Shown here piece after piece: positions 37,130 to 47,900 of a DNA stretch of 64,000 nucleotides (position 1 is its first letter; every line of letters begins with the position of its first letter). The DNA is from a virus (taxonomy: Duplodnaviria; Caudoviricetes): the IMG/VR virus record IMGVR_UViG_3300027833_000044, positions 24 to 64,023 of that record. One strand, 5' to 3'. The notes beneath the pieces are model-generated. The model was not told the origin of the DNA. It ran no database searches and worked only from the letters and a program-made list of their open reading frames with translations. The translations under genes and the position numbers were made by a program.

Positions 37130-38574
37130 CAACTAAGAAAGACAATTTCAGTGAACGAGTTAACAAACTAGGTGAGGGTAATGAAAATACTCTTGGTGTT
37201 GCTCAAGATGGTATGCAAGACCCCACAGGTGAATTTCCTAAGAGAGATTATAACTTTGGGACTGGTATCAATAAAGCTGCTCGTGGAATTAAGATAAATG
37301 AACTCTATGTTGGGGGTGGTGATATTGGTGTATCTTTGGGGATACAATCACAACGTCCTTCTGAATATCCTTTCAACCAAGTATCAGAATCTTTATCTGG
37401 TCACATTGTTGAATACGATGACACGCCAGGCGGTGAACGAGTATTAATCAAACACCGCACGGGTGCGGGTGTAGAGATGAGAGCAGATGGTTCTGTCCTT
37501 ATCTCAGCGGTAAACAACAAGGTAGAAGTCACTGGTGGTGACCAAACAGTAATCGTGGAAGGACACGGTAACCTTATCTACAATGGTAATCTTAATCTTA
37601 AAGTAACAGGTGACTACAACATAGATGTTGGTGGTAACATGAATCTGAATGTTGCGGGTAACCTAGTAGAACAGATTGAACACAATCATAAGACTACAGT
37701 CACAGGTAATACCAACCTTACAACAAAAGGTACAAAGACAGTTAAGACCGTTGGAACAAATACTGAGATGATGTTATCAGATAATAATCAGTTTGTCAAG
37801 GGTAATCAACAGAATCTTGTCGAAGGTAATATCGACCAGTCATCTGAAAAGAAAATATTTGTATCTGGTAAAGAGTCCTACGCAGTATCATCTAAGAACA
37901 CCAATATTACGGGTGCGAAGTTCGTATCGGTATTGGGACAGAAGGGTGCAATCGGTGGTAAGAAGGTTGACTTTACTGGTAATGTGTATCAAGGTAATGA
38001 AGGTGCAACCGCAGAATCTTCGGGTGCAATCTTCCACGGTACATTCAAGGGTATTGCAGACGAAGCGATTCGTTCATACAATGCGAATGTAGCAGGATTT
38101 GCCGAAGTATCTGACACTACAAATGCACAGTCATATGCGGAAGCAGCTACTTCTGGAACTGCGGTTGGTGATACTCATACGGCAGCAACCAAGACACAGG
38201 CAACCATTACAGGGGAAGACCCACTAACTCCATTAGTAGTAGTAGGACACGCAACCTCTGGTTCGTATGCAATCAAGAATGTTGTGGTCGATGCAGAAGA
38301 TTCCTTAAAGAACAAAATTCTATTAACAGACGATTATAAGAACGTCTTTGATAAGATACCAACTACCCAAGAGATTCGTTCTGCATTAAGAAATTCTGGT
38401 TCTCGTGATACCGTTGGTAGTATTCTTGTTTCAGAAGAAAGACTCAATCCAGACTTCAAGACAAAGACACCACCGTCAATTGGAAGAACTGCAAAGAAAT
38501 CTCCATCCTCTAGATTTGGATTCGAACCGATTGGTAATGCACTAGAGAATAGAGGTAAGAGGTTCACACCATGA
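37126..38574 (+). CDS. gp5 C-terminal spike (beta-helix) protein
   Basis: EYPFNQV.ES.SGH..EYDDTPGGER..I.HRTG followed by V.G/N beta-helix repeats. Confidence 0.85.
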   Translation: MTTKKDNFSERVNKLGEGNENTLGVAQDGMQDPTGEFPKRDYNFGTGINKAARGIKINELYVGGGDIGVSLGIQSQRPSEYPFNQVSESLSGHIVEYDDTPGGERVLIKHRTGAGVEMRADGSVLISAVNNKVEVTGGDQTVIVEGHGNLIYNGNLNLKVTGDYNIDVGGNMNLNVAGNLVEQIEHNHKTTVTGNTNLTTKGTKTVKTVGTNTEMMLSDNNQFVKGNQQNLVEGNIDQSSEKKIFVSGKESYAVSSKNTNITGAKFVSVLGQKGAIGGKKVDFTGNVYQGNEGATAESSGAIFHGTFKGIADEAIRSYNANVAGFAEVSDTTNAQSYAEAATSGTAVGDTHTAATKTQATITGEDPLTPLVVVGHATSGSYAIKNVVVDAEDSLKNKILLTDDYKNVFDKIPTTQEIRSALRNSGSRDTVGSILVSEERLNPDFKTKTPPSIGRTAKKSPSSRFGFEPIGNALENRGKRFTP

Positions 38575-39164
38575 TAATTTTAGTAGACCCAGTATATAAT
38601 CCAGAATTTCAGAGTTCCATTAACTCTGCAACTAGACTAGCGCCAGGCGTTACGATTGCAAAGTTTCTTGGTGCATATGGTGACAGGACATCCTTTAATC
38701 ACGTTGAGAGTGAATCAACAAGAAAACAAATTGCAAGAAATTTATATCTTCAATCAGAAGCAATGAGAATCATTAACGGTAACACTAAAAACTTTAGTAA
38801 GGTTAGATTGATTGTCTCGGAAGGTCTATATGACCTAAAGTCTGCTGATGCGGGTAATGATACTATGACTAAGAAATCCGATGGTCGTTTAGTATATTAT
38901 CAAGTAATCGACAGAGAAGGAAAGATTGACCTAGAAAAGACTTTTGATGTTGCAGAGTACTGGAAAGACTACATTAATTTTGGTACACTTTATTTAGATT
39001 ACGACACATATAATCCAGATAAAACACTTACGGGTCAGATAGGTTTAGAGTTTCCAACCGTTCCAAGTAGTTTTGACATTACCTTTAAAAATAACGTTGA
39101 TACTTATTTTAATAATGAGTTAACTAGTAAAAATGAATTGGTAGAAATTAAAGAAAGAGACTAA
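38571..39164 (+). CDS. hypothetical baseplate-region protein
   Basis: coupled ORF between the gp5 C-terminal gene and gp25. Confidence 0.7.
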   Translation: MIILVDPVYNPEFQSSINSATRLAPGVTIAKFLGAYGDRTSFNHVESESTRKQIARNLYLQSEAMRIINGNTKNFSKVRLIVSEGLYDLKSADAGNDTMTKKSDGRLVYYQVIDREGKIDLEKTFDVAEYWKDYINFGTLYLDYDTYNPDKTLTGQIGLEFPTVPSSFDITFKNNVDTYFNNELTSKNELVEIKERD

Positions 39165-39171
39165 AAAAGGT

Positions 39172-39179
39172 TATAAATA
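39172..39179 (+). promoter_or_regulatory. T4-type late promoter
   Basis: TATAAATA upstream of gp25. Confidence 0.75.
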
Positions 39180-39184
39180 GAAGT

Positions 39185-39634
39185 ATGGCAATACGTAGAG
39201 CGTTCGCACAAGAAGATACTAACCTCCAGTCTGCTACGGTAACGACTAGTAGGGAGAGGCAGTATTCTGATATAGACCTTTCATTTAAGGTGAAACCTAC
39301 CAGTGGAGAAATCTTCAAGAAGGTAGATGGAGCCGCAGTGAAACAGGCAATCAAGACCCTAGTTATGACAAATAGACTAGAGAAACCTTTTCGTCCCGAT
39401 TTTGGTGGAGACGTGCAAGGACAGTTGTTCGAACTAGCGGATAGAGGACGGTCTTCTATTCTACGTAGAGGTATTATACAGAATATAGAAGTATATGAAC
39501 CCAGAGCAGAAGTTCTTAATGTGATTGTAAAAATGCAACCTGATAGACACAGTCTGGACGTAACTATTAAATTTAAGGTAGTGAATACAACGGAAGAAGT
39601 AGAATTCACAACAACACTTGCAAGGTTAAGATAA
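39185..39634 (+). CDS. gp25: baseplate wedge subunit gp25
   Basis: YSDIDLSF, AVKQAIK.L..T...EKPF.P.FG, LFE, YEPR. Confidence 0.93.
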   Translation: MAIRRAFAQEDTNLQSATVTTSRERQYSDIDLSFKVKPTSGEIFKKVDGAAVKQAIKTLVMTNRLEKPFRPDFGGDVQGQLFELADRGRSSILRRGIIQNIEVYEPRAEVLNVIVKMQPDRHSLDVTIKFKVVNTTEEVEFTTTLARLR

Positions 39635-39635
39635 C

Positions 39636-41462
39636 ATGGCGACAACAATAAAATCAACCTCATTAGATTTTGATGCAATCAAAAATAATCTAAAGACGTT
39701 TCTGGCAGAGAAAAACGAATTCTCAGACTTTAACTTTGAAGCATCTGGACTGTCAAATATCTTAGATGTCCTTGCATACAATACACACTACAATGGTCTG
39801 ACCGCTAACTTTGCACTCAATGAATCTTTCCTTGGAACTGCACAATTACGTAGTTCTCTTGTGTCTCTTTCAGAAGGTATAGGATATATTCCAGATTCTA
39901 AAACGTCTTCTCAAGCACTCATTAAGATGTCTGTTAATTTAAGTGGTGTCGCAGGACGTACCGCAACATTACAGATACCTAGTGGATTCAAATTTAATGC
40001 AACTGTTGATACCACAGAATATGTATTCCAGACCCTAGAAAATTTAAGTGCAACTGATAACGGTGAAGGTCTTTACATATTTAAAGATGCTGCTGGCAGT
40101 GACACTATTAAAGTGTTTGAGGGAACAGAAAGAACAAAGACTTTCCTCATAACAAGAAAAGAAGAGAACGCAGTTTACATTATTCCAGACGTAAATATGG
40201 ATATTGATACTGCGGTAGTTCGTGTTTATGAAACAGCGGGTGCGTCTGCATTCTCTACATATACAAATTTACTTAAAGCAACAACAATTAGTGTTGCATC
40301 AACATTATATATTCTAAAAGAATCCCCGAATGGATTCTTTGAATTATCATTTGGTAATGGAACTACTTTGGGTAGAGCTCCAGATGCGGGTAACAAAGTT
40401 GTTCTGAGTTACCTTGCGGCAACTGGGCCTGCATCTGATACCGCTAAAGTCTTTGAACCACAATCTGGTATCAATGTGGCGGGTAGTAACTATTCGGTTA
40501 CCGTTAGCACTGTCGCAAATGCAGTTGGTGGGGGTGAGAAAGAATCACTCGAATCCATTCGTAAAGTTGCACCGTTTCAATATGCAACTCAGAACCGAAT
40601 GGTAACTGCGGTAGATTACTCTACTCTAGTACTGAGAAACTTCTCTACACTTATTAAAGATATTCAATCATTTGGTGGTGAAGATGCAATCAACCCAGAA
40701 TTTGGGACAGTTATTATGTCGGTACTGTTCAATTCAGATGTAGATGCAGCAACCGAAGCAGTAACAAAACAATCAATCCTAGACCTTTCTAACCAATTGT
40801 CTGTTGCATCATTTAATTTAAAGTTTAGTGACCCAGTAAAAACTTTCATTGAGACAGAAGTATTCTTCCAATTCAACCCTAACTTGACAACACTTTCTAG
40901 GAATACAATCCAAGATAGTGTCAATACAATAATTACTAATTACTTCACAGAAAACACAGGTAAGTTTGGTCAATCATTTAGACGTTCGAATCTATTAACT
41001 TTAGTAGATGACGTAAGTCCTGCTATCTTATCATCTCGTGCAACAGTTAAAATGCAGAGAAGATTCTCACCTACATTAACTAAGATTCAAGACCACACTC
41101 TGAGATTTGCAGCATCAATTGCTGAGTTCGATGACAAAAACTATATAGTTACTTCAAACGCATTTACTTATAAAAACAAAGTATGTATTGTTAGAAACAA
41201 ACTAAATTCTAATAAGTTAGAAGTCTTTAACCAAAATGACCGTATTGTTATAGTAGACAACGTAGGTTCATTCTCTACTGATACTGTAAGTATAGTTGGA
41301 CTACAGATAGATAACTTTAGTGGTGCAGAATCATTTATTAAAGTAACTGCGGTAGCAGCGAATCAAAGTGCAATCACACCGTTTAGAGAAGATATTATTG
41401 AACATGACAAATCTCAATCCTTTAGTCGTATTGTAGATGTGGATAGCGGAGTCACAAATTAA
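39636..41462 (+). CDS. gp6: baseplate wedge subunit gp6
   Basis: LDFD.IK.NLK.FL, DFNFE.SGL...LD.LAYNTHY, ESFL..A.LRSS, QNR.VTA.DY. Confidence 0.95.
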   Translation: MATTIKSTSLDFDAIKNNLKTFLAEKNEFSDFNFEASGLSNILDVLAYNTHYNGLTANFALNESFLGTAQLRSSLVSLSEGIGYIPDSKTSSQALIKMSVNLSGVAGRTATLQIPSGFKFNATVDTTEYVFQTLENLSATDNGEGLYIFKDAAGSDTIKVFEGTERTKTFLITRKEENAVYIIPDVNMDIDTAVVRVYETAGASAFSTYTNLLKATTISVASTLYILKESPNGFFELSFGNGTTLGRAPDAGNKVVLSYLAATGPASDTAKVFEPQSGINVAGSNYSVTVSTVANAVGGGEKESLESIRKVAPFQYATQNRMVTAVDYSTLVLRNFSTLIKDIQSFGGEDAINPEFGTVIMSVLFNSDVDAATEAVTKQSILDLSNQLSVASFNLKFSDPVKTFIETEVFFQFNPNLTTLSRNTIQDSVNTIITNYFTENTGKFGQSFRRSNLLTLVDDVSPAILSSRATVKMQRRFSPTLTKIQDHTLRFAASIAEFDDKNYIVTSNAFTYKNKVCIVRNKLNSNKLEVFNQNDRIVIVDNVGSFSTDTVSIVGLQIDNFSGAESFIKVTAVAANQSAITPFREDIIEHDKSQSFSRIVDVDSGVTN

Positions 41463-42475
41463 TGGCAATAAACCATCCACATGGCAAGAACGATACTCTG
41501 ATTGATTTGAATAGGAGGGATATTACCTTCCCTAAAAATCAAATCCAAGAGATTCTTCCTGAATTCTTTAAAGGTACGTATCCAAAACTCATAAGTCTTT
41601 TGGAGGAGTACTATCATTTTGAGACGGGGTCTGATTCTCCTTCTCGTTTGATTAGTGAGTTGTTCCTTAATCGTGATATTACTCAGAATGATATAGAACT
41701 TCTATCCTTTATTGAAGACGAACTTCTATTGGGTCAATCTTTCTTCGAAGGATTTGCGGACAAACGTGCTGCAGCAAAGTATTCAAACACATTATATCGT
41801 TCAAAAGGAACATTGTATTCAATACAACAATTCTTTAGGACGTTCTTTTCCATTGACCCAGACGTAATTTATACTAAGAAAAATGTATTTAAGGTCGGAG
41901 AAGAAGACTCTAAGATTGGTTTTAACTCTCAGAAGTTTATAACTGATAACAGATTATATCAAACTTTTGCATTACTTATCAAATCAGAGATTGCAGAAAC
42001 ACAATGGAAAGAACCGTATAAGTTGTTCGTCCATCCTGCTGGCATGTTTGTTGGTAGTGAGGTACAAATTGTATCTCAAGCAAAGGATGAGATAACTGCT
42101 CCTTTGGTTCTGGCCGAACCACCCCCACCAATTACTATTGAAAATACAGGGGCGTTTAATGTGTTACCAACACTAGATTTAACTGCAATTGTTGATGACC
42201 TATATAGTGATTCAGATGGTGTGTTAAGTAGAATTAATGCAGAACTTACTGATATCAGAGGGTTCAGACCAAATACTATACAGACTATTGAAAATCAGTA
42301 TTCATCATTGAGAGAAGCACAAACTGCAACATCTCCAACATTTGATGATTCTGACGAATTTGAAACAAATGGTATGGATTTATCAAACCATTTCCATTGG
42401 GAAACAATAGACCAAGAGAAACATATTTTTTACAGTGCAGATAGTGACCAATACCTAAAAAGTTTTACATTGTAG
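41462..42475 (+). CDS. gp7: baseplate wedge protein gp7-like (short)
   Basis: LPEF....YP.....L.EYY, YRSKGT..S...FFR.FF, VHPAG. Confidence 0.75.
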   Translation: MAINHPHGKNDTLIDLNRRDITFPKNQIQEILPEFFKGTYPKLISLLEEYYHFETGSDSPSRLISELFLNRDITQNDIELLSFIEDELLLGQSFFEGFADKRAAAKYSNTLYRSKGTLYSIQQFFRTFFSIDPDVIYTKKNVFKVGEEDSKIGFNSQKFITDNRLYQTFALLIKSEIAETQWKEPYKLFVHPAGMFVGSEVQIVSQAKDEITAPLVLAEPPPPITIENTGAFNVLPTLDLTAIVDDLYSDSDGVLSRINAELTDIRGFRPNTIQTIENQYSSLREAQTATSPTFDDSDEFETNGMDLSNHFHWETIDQEKHIFYSADSDQYLKSFTL

Positions 42476-42486
42476 TGTAAAATACT

Positions 42487-42494
42487 TATAAATA
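42487..42494 (+). promoter_or_regulatory. T4-type late promoter
   Basis: TATAAATA upstream of ORF 42517. Confidence 0.75.
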
Positions 42495-42516
42495 GATTAA
42501 ATAGACGGATTATCAA

Positions 42517-43542
42517 ATGGCGAAACAACTACTAAACAGAGGAATAACAGCAAACGATGGTACAGGTGATACCTTACGTACTGCTGCTCAAAAAATAAAC
42601 GAGAACTTTGCAGAACTCTACACCTCTATTGGTGGAGATTCTGCTACTGCGAACGTAAAACTTGCAGCGAGTGGAGCAATCTTCGAAGGATTGGCATCAA
42701 ATGCCCATCAAACTGTACTTTCTCCAGTTGAACCAACACAAGATAATACCGTCTATATTCCAGATGACAGTGGAACATTAATATTAGACTCTTGTGCTCA
42801 GACGTTGACCAACAAGACTATTCTTGTTCCGACACTAACAACACCTAAGATTAGAGATGCGAATGCGAGTCATACGTACAATGTACTAGTAGGTGACATT
42901 AGTGCGAACCGTAATATTTCACTACCCGCACTACAAAGTAATGATGAATTTGTGTTTGCAAATGCAACTCAAACATTACTTAATAAGACTATCGGTGGGT
43001 TGACAGTTAATAACCCCGTGTTTGGTGGTATTTCTGGTGGTTCAATTCTGTTCGATAGTGCAGATAATGAATATTTAAAGTTTGTAAAGACTGCAAGTGC
43101 GGTAAACTTTGTCACAATGACAAACAGTGCCACAGGCAATAGTCCATCAATAGATGTAGACGGTGGTGACACAAATATTAGTCTTGAACTTGCCGCAAAA
43201 GGTACTGGTGCAGTTGAAATCAAAAACAAACTTGTTCTAGAAAAAGGAACAGATGTTGCTTCTACTACTGCTATAGATATGAATGAACCATTAACAGTAT
43301 TTAACTCTGGTTCACAAATCCTTCCAACTATCGGAGATGGAACAATTCAAGGGGAAGTAAAATACTTCAGTAACGTTGGTGCGGGTGAAGCAAGACTTAC
43401 TGTAGGTGGTACTTCAAATATCTATGGTGTAGGTAATAATGGCCATATCTCTTTCGGACAAGGTGACGGATGTATACTAGTATGGAACTCAACTAAAAGC
43501 AAATGGTTTTTCGTGTCAAATAATGGCACAACAATAGGGTAA
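42517..43542 (+). CDS. gp9: baseplate tail-fibre connector gp9/gp10-like
   Basis: N.G..ANDGTGDTLR.A..KINENF.ELY; QTLTNKT repeats. Confidence 0.8.
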   Translation: MAKQLLNRGITANDGTGDTLRTAAQKINENFAELYTSIGGDSATANVKLAASGAIFEGLASNAHQTVLSPVEPTQDNTVYIPDDSGTLILDSCAQTLTNKTILVPTLTTPKIRDANASHTYNVLVGDISANRNISLPALQSNDEFVFANATQTLLNKTIGGLTVNNPVFGGISGGSILFDSADNEYLKFVKTASAVNFVTMTNSATGNSPSIDVDGGDTNISLELAAKGTGAVEIKNKLVLEKGTDVASTTAIDMNEPLTVFNSGSQILPTIGDGTIQGEVKYFSNVGAGEARLTVGGTSNIYGVGNNGHISFGQGDGCILVWNSTKSKWFFVSNNGTTIG

Positions 43543-43547
43543 TTGAA

Positions 43548-44906
43548 ATGGCGATTATAACTCAAGATTTAAAGAAACAAGTATTAAAGGATATCAAAAC
43601 AGATTTTGATGCCGCAGGAGAAAATTACTTTGCAGTAATAGGTCGTTCCGAAGATTGGAATGATTCTGACATAGCGCCAACTGCCATAAGTTCTGCAAGA
43701 GAAGAAAGAAACTTTCGTCTTGGAGTACAATCTGCAAAAAACATTATTGATTTATCCTTTGTTGTTCCCAGATACAACTGGTCTTCTGGTGCAATCTATT
43801 CCGCATACGATGATGCACAAGTAGGTTATCCTGCTCAGTCATACTATGTTATGAATGACAATAACCAAGTATACATGTGTATTCAACAATCTAAAAATGC
43901 GGCAGGACAATCACAGGTATCTAGTGTTCAACCGACTGGTAATACAACTGGTGTTGCATTTGATACCGCAGATGGTTACATTTGGAAATTCTTATATTCT
44001 ATCAGTGCTTTAGACGCAAACAAATATATTTCTGCCAACTATTTACCAATTAAATTACAAGGTGCGACTGACTCAGATTCCCCTGCTGCTGATGTCGAAC
44101 AACTTGCAGTACAGAATGCCGCTATCATAGGACAAGTTACAGGTTATGCAATTGACTCAGGTGGTTCAGGATATACGTCCACACCAACTGTCACCGTAAT
44201 AGGTAATGGTACAAAAGCAAAAGCGAGTGCAACAATCTCTGGTGGACAAGTTGTAAGGGTAGAACTCATTGATAGTTCTGGTGCTTACACACTTGGTAGT
44301 GGATATGATTATGCAGATGTTACTGTAACTGGTGGTGGTGCTCCAACAAAGCCAGCGGGAATTAGAGCAATACTTTCACCTGTATTAGGACATGGAGGAG
44401 ACCCAAGGGATGACCTTCGTTCTACCTCAATCATGTTTAACGCAAAACCATCTGGTACAGAAGGAAATGACTTTATCATTGGTAATGACTTCCGTCAAGT
44501 TGGTTTAATTAGAAATTTAAAAGACAGTTCTGGTTCAGTAGACTTTACTGCCTCTACAGGTATTGGTTTAAAGAAACTAGTATTAGGAAGTGTATCTCAA
44601 GGGTTTACCGCAGATAACACTATTGAAGGTTCGACTACTGGAATCCAAGGATTAATTGACAAAGTAGATTCTTCTAATATATGGTATCACCAAACCGAAG
44701 TAACTGGTTTTGGTAATTTTGGTTCAGGCGAAGCAATATCAGAAATAGATGGTAATGGTGCGGGAGTATTAAACGCATCTTTTCATCCATACGTAAACCC
44801 AGAAATTGACGTATTCTCTGGTGAAGTATTGTATATAGATAACCGTGCAGCGGTTACTCGTAGTGCAGACCAGACTGAAGATATTAAAATCGTAATCCAA
44901 ATTTAA
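43548..44906 (+). CDS. gp8: baseplate wedge subunit gp8
   Basis: VVPRYNW, YDD, YYVMN....VY.CI, DGYIWKFLY, NDFRQVGLI, SGEVLYIDNR....R...Q.EDIKIVI. Confidence 0.92.
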   Translation: MAIITQDLKKQVLKDIKTDFDAAGENYFAVIGRSEDWNDSDIAPTAISSAREERNFRLGVQSAKNIIDLSFVVPRYNWSSGAIYSAYDDAQVGYPAQSYYVMNDNNQVYMCIQQSKNAAGQSQVSSVQPTGNTTGVAFDTADGYIWKFLYSISALDANKYISANYLPIKLQGATDSDSPAADVEQLAVQNAAIIGQVTGYAIDSGGSGYTSTPTVTVIGNGTKAKASATISGGQVVRVELIDSSGAYTLGSGYDYADVTVTGGGAPTKPAGIRAILSPVLGHGGDPRDDLRSTSIMFNAKPSGTEGNDFIIGNDFRQVGLIRNLKDSSGSVDFTASTGIGLKKLVLGSVSQGFTADNTIEGSTTGIQGLIDKVDSSNIWYHQTEVTGFGNFGSGEAISEIDGNGAGVLNASFHPYVNPEIDVFSGEVLYIDNRAAVTRSADQTEDIKIVIQI

Positions 44907-44915
44907 GGTAAAGAC

Positions 44916-47900
44916 ATGTCAAAGACATTTACATCTAACGTATTTCAATCAACCTATAAGGATGATTTTAGGGACAGTGATAATTATCATCGTGTCCTCT
45001 TTAACAGTGGTAGAGCGATTCAAGCACGTGAACTTACCCAGTTACAAACAATCATTCAAGAGGAAATCGGAAGATTTGGTCGTAATATTTTCCTAGATGG
45101 TTCTGCCGTAAATCCTGGCGGGCCTCATGTCAATAGTAATTACGAGTTTATTAAATTAGATACTTCAGTAAGAACTCTACCAGACGATACCTCTTCTTTA
45201 CTAGGACTTGAGTTTACTCATAGTGCAACAAGTACTGCTGTAAGAATTCTAGAAGTTGTTCCTGCTACAGGTTCAGACCCAGCAACACTATATGTTCAAT
45301 ACACAAACACCTCTGGTGGTTCTGTGGGAACAAACCCTGTTCGTATGAATGCGGGTGTTGATATTTCAAGTGGTAGTTTTACCTTTACTGTACAATCAAC
45401 AAATACTATTGCAAACCCTGCCGTAGGACAAGGTTGTCAAGTATCAAATGCAGCGGGTGATTTCTTTACTCGTGGACACTTTGTATTTGCAAAACCTCAA
45501 TCACTTATTATATCAAAATATACAAGATATCCTACTAAAACTATTGGTTTTAGAGTAACAGAAGACATTGTTACTGTTGCAGATACTAACGAGTTATATG
45601 ATAATCAGGGTGCAAATCCTAATCTATCCTCGCCTGGCGCTGACAGATATCGTATCAAACTTACTTTAGTAACAAAAGCTGACGTTGCCGCAGATGAAAA
45701 CTTTGTTTATTACTGCGATATTGTTGAAGGTAATATAGTTGACCAAGTGACTGGTGCAGATACTTACAATGCACCTAATACACTTGTTGCACAAAGAACC
45801 TTTGATGAGTCTGGTGATTACATTGCAAAAGACTTCACTATAGATTTTAGTGACTCAGGAGACAATTTACTTGCATCTGTATCAGATGGTACTGCATACA
45901 TAAACGGACATCGTGGTGCAACAGAAAAACCAACACCTCTTACTATCGCAAAACCAAGAACTGACGTAACTTTAACGAATGAAGTATCTGGTATTAGTTA
46001 TGGTCAATTTGTCTTGTGTAGTGAAGTAAAGGGTGACATTGGTTCATTATTTAAGACAGTTAATCTATCAACATCTACTACTAACCCTGCTGCAAGTGTT
46101 ACAGGTACAGCAAGAGTTCGTTTTGTAGAAAAGAGTGGTGCTCAATTTAAAGTCTATCTATTTGATATCAAGATGAATAGTGGACAGTCTTTCCGAAATA
46201 TTAAAACACTTGGTACTACCACAGCTAATAGAGCAATCCCTGTTTTTGAATCTAGTAAAGCAGTGATTAAGGATGCGACTAAAGTAAACTTAGTATATCC
46301 TCTTCCTAATCCAAGACCAAGAGCGATTACAGACGTTGACTTTGAAGTTCAAAGAGTTTCTGCTACGATTTCTAATTCGTCAAGTTCATTCTCTATGCCC
46401 AACTTGACCGTGACTGGTGAAACGTATGTGAATACAAGTGATTGGATTGTTGTCAACGCATCTACTGGTGCGGTACAAACTGGTGCAACCTTTGGTTCTT
46501 CTGGTACTACCGCTATGACTGTTAGTAACGTAGCATCTGCCAATGCTATCGTGTATCATAAAGTTAATAAATCACAACCAGTAGTTAGACCAAAGACACT
46601 AACCGATGCAACAAAAACTGCAACACTATCAACCGATTCTTTAACTGGTGCAAAATATCTAGATTTAAGTAAAACTGATATCTATAGTGTACAATCAATT
46701 AGACTAACTAATTCTGGTGGTACAGATATCTCTCATCAATTTACTGTTGATGATGGTCAACGAGCAGGATTCTATGGTAATGGTCGATTGGTATTGAATG
46801 GTGGAGAGACTCAAAACGGAACAGTTTATTGTGCATTTAAACATTTTGTTCATGGTAATGGAGATTACTTCTCAGTTAACTCTTACGAAGGTAAGGTTGA
46901 TTATGACAAGATACCCGCATTCAAAGTCGGGCCTAGAACATCCGTAAACTTACGTGACGTAGTTGATTTCCGTTCTGCGGTAAACTCTAGTAATGTATTT
47001 ACTGCTTCAACACAAAACGAAATCCCTGCTAATGGTGATATCTTCCAAGGTGACGTAACATATTATGTTCCTCGTTCAGATAAAATCGTAGTTACAGAAC
47101 AAGGTGAAGTTAAAAATATTCTCGGTGAAGCAGGATTCTCTTCACAGATTCCCGAAACTCCATCAAATACTCTAGGTCTATTTGAACTAGAACATAACGC
47201 ATATGGTCTAAATGACTCTGACGTAGTTGTGACTCCTCTCAAAGCGAAAGGATTTACAATGAAAGACATCTCTGAACTTGAGAATAGAATTGACAAGTTA
47301 GAAGAAGCAACAACTCTAAGTATGTTAGAACTTGATACCTCTTCACTTTTAGTTCTTGATTCTGCTGGAAACTCCAGAATGAAATCAGGTTTCTTCGTAG
47401 ATAACTTTGTAAACAGAGCATTCTCAGACGCAGAAAACTCAGAGTATCGTGCTGCTATTGAACCAACTAAAGGTTTACTTTCTTGTGCAGTGTTTGAAGA
47501 TAACGTTGGACTTGTATATGACAGTGCCGCATCATCGAACACTATTCTTAAAGGTGATACGATATTCCTTAATTATACACATGTTGAATCAATAAGTCAA
47601 CCCGTAGTTTCTGGAACAGAGAACGTTAACCCATTCGCAGTTATTACTGGGGAAGGAAACCTTACTCTATCTCCCGCTTCGGATGAGTGGTTTCAAACAT
47701 CATACAAACCCGCAAACGTAATTAACAAGACTGCGGAAGAACAACTAGGTGACCTAAACGAAGGTAACCTTGCAGTAGGTACTGCACAGAAACGTGGATT
47801 CGCTGGCGGTGGTGGTTCATGGCAGTGGTCTGGAGCGCCTTTCATTCCATTATTAGGATTCGGTGAATTCGGTATTGGTGGTGGCGGTGGTGGTATCGGT

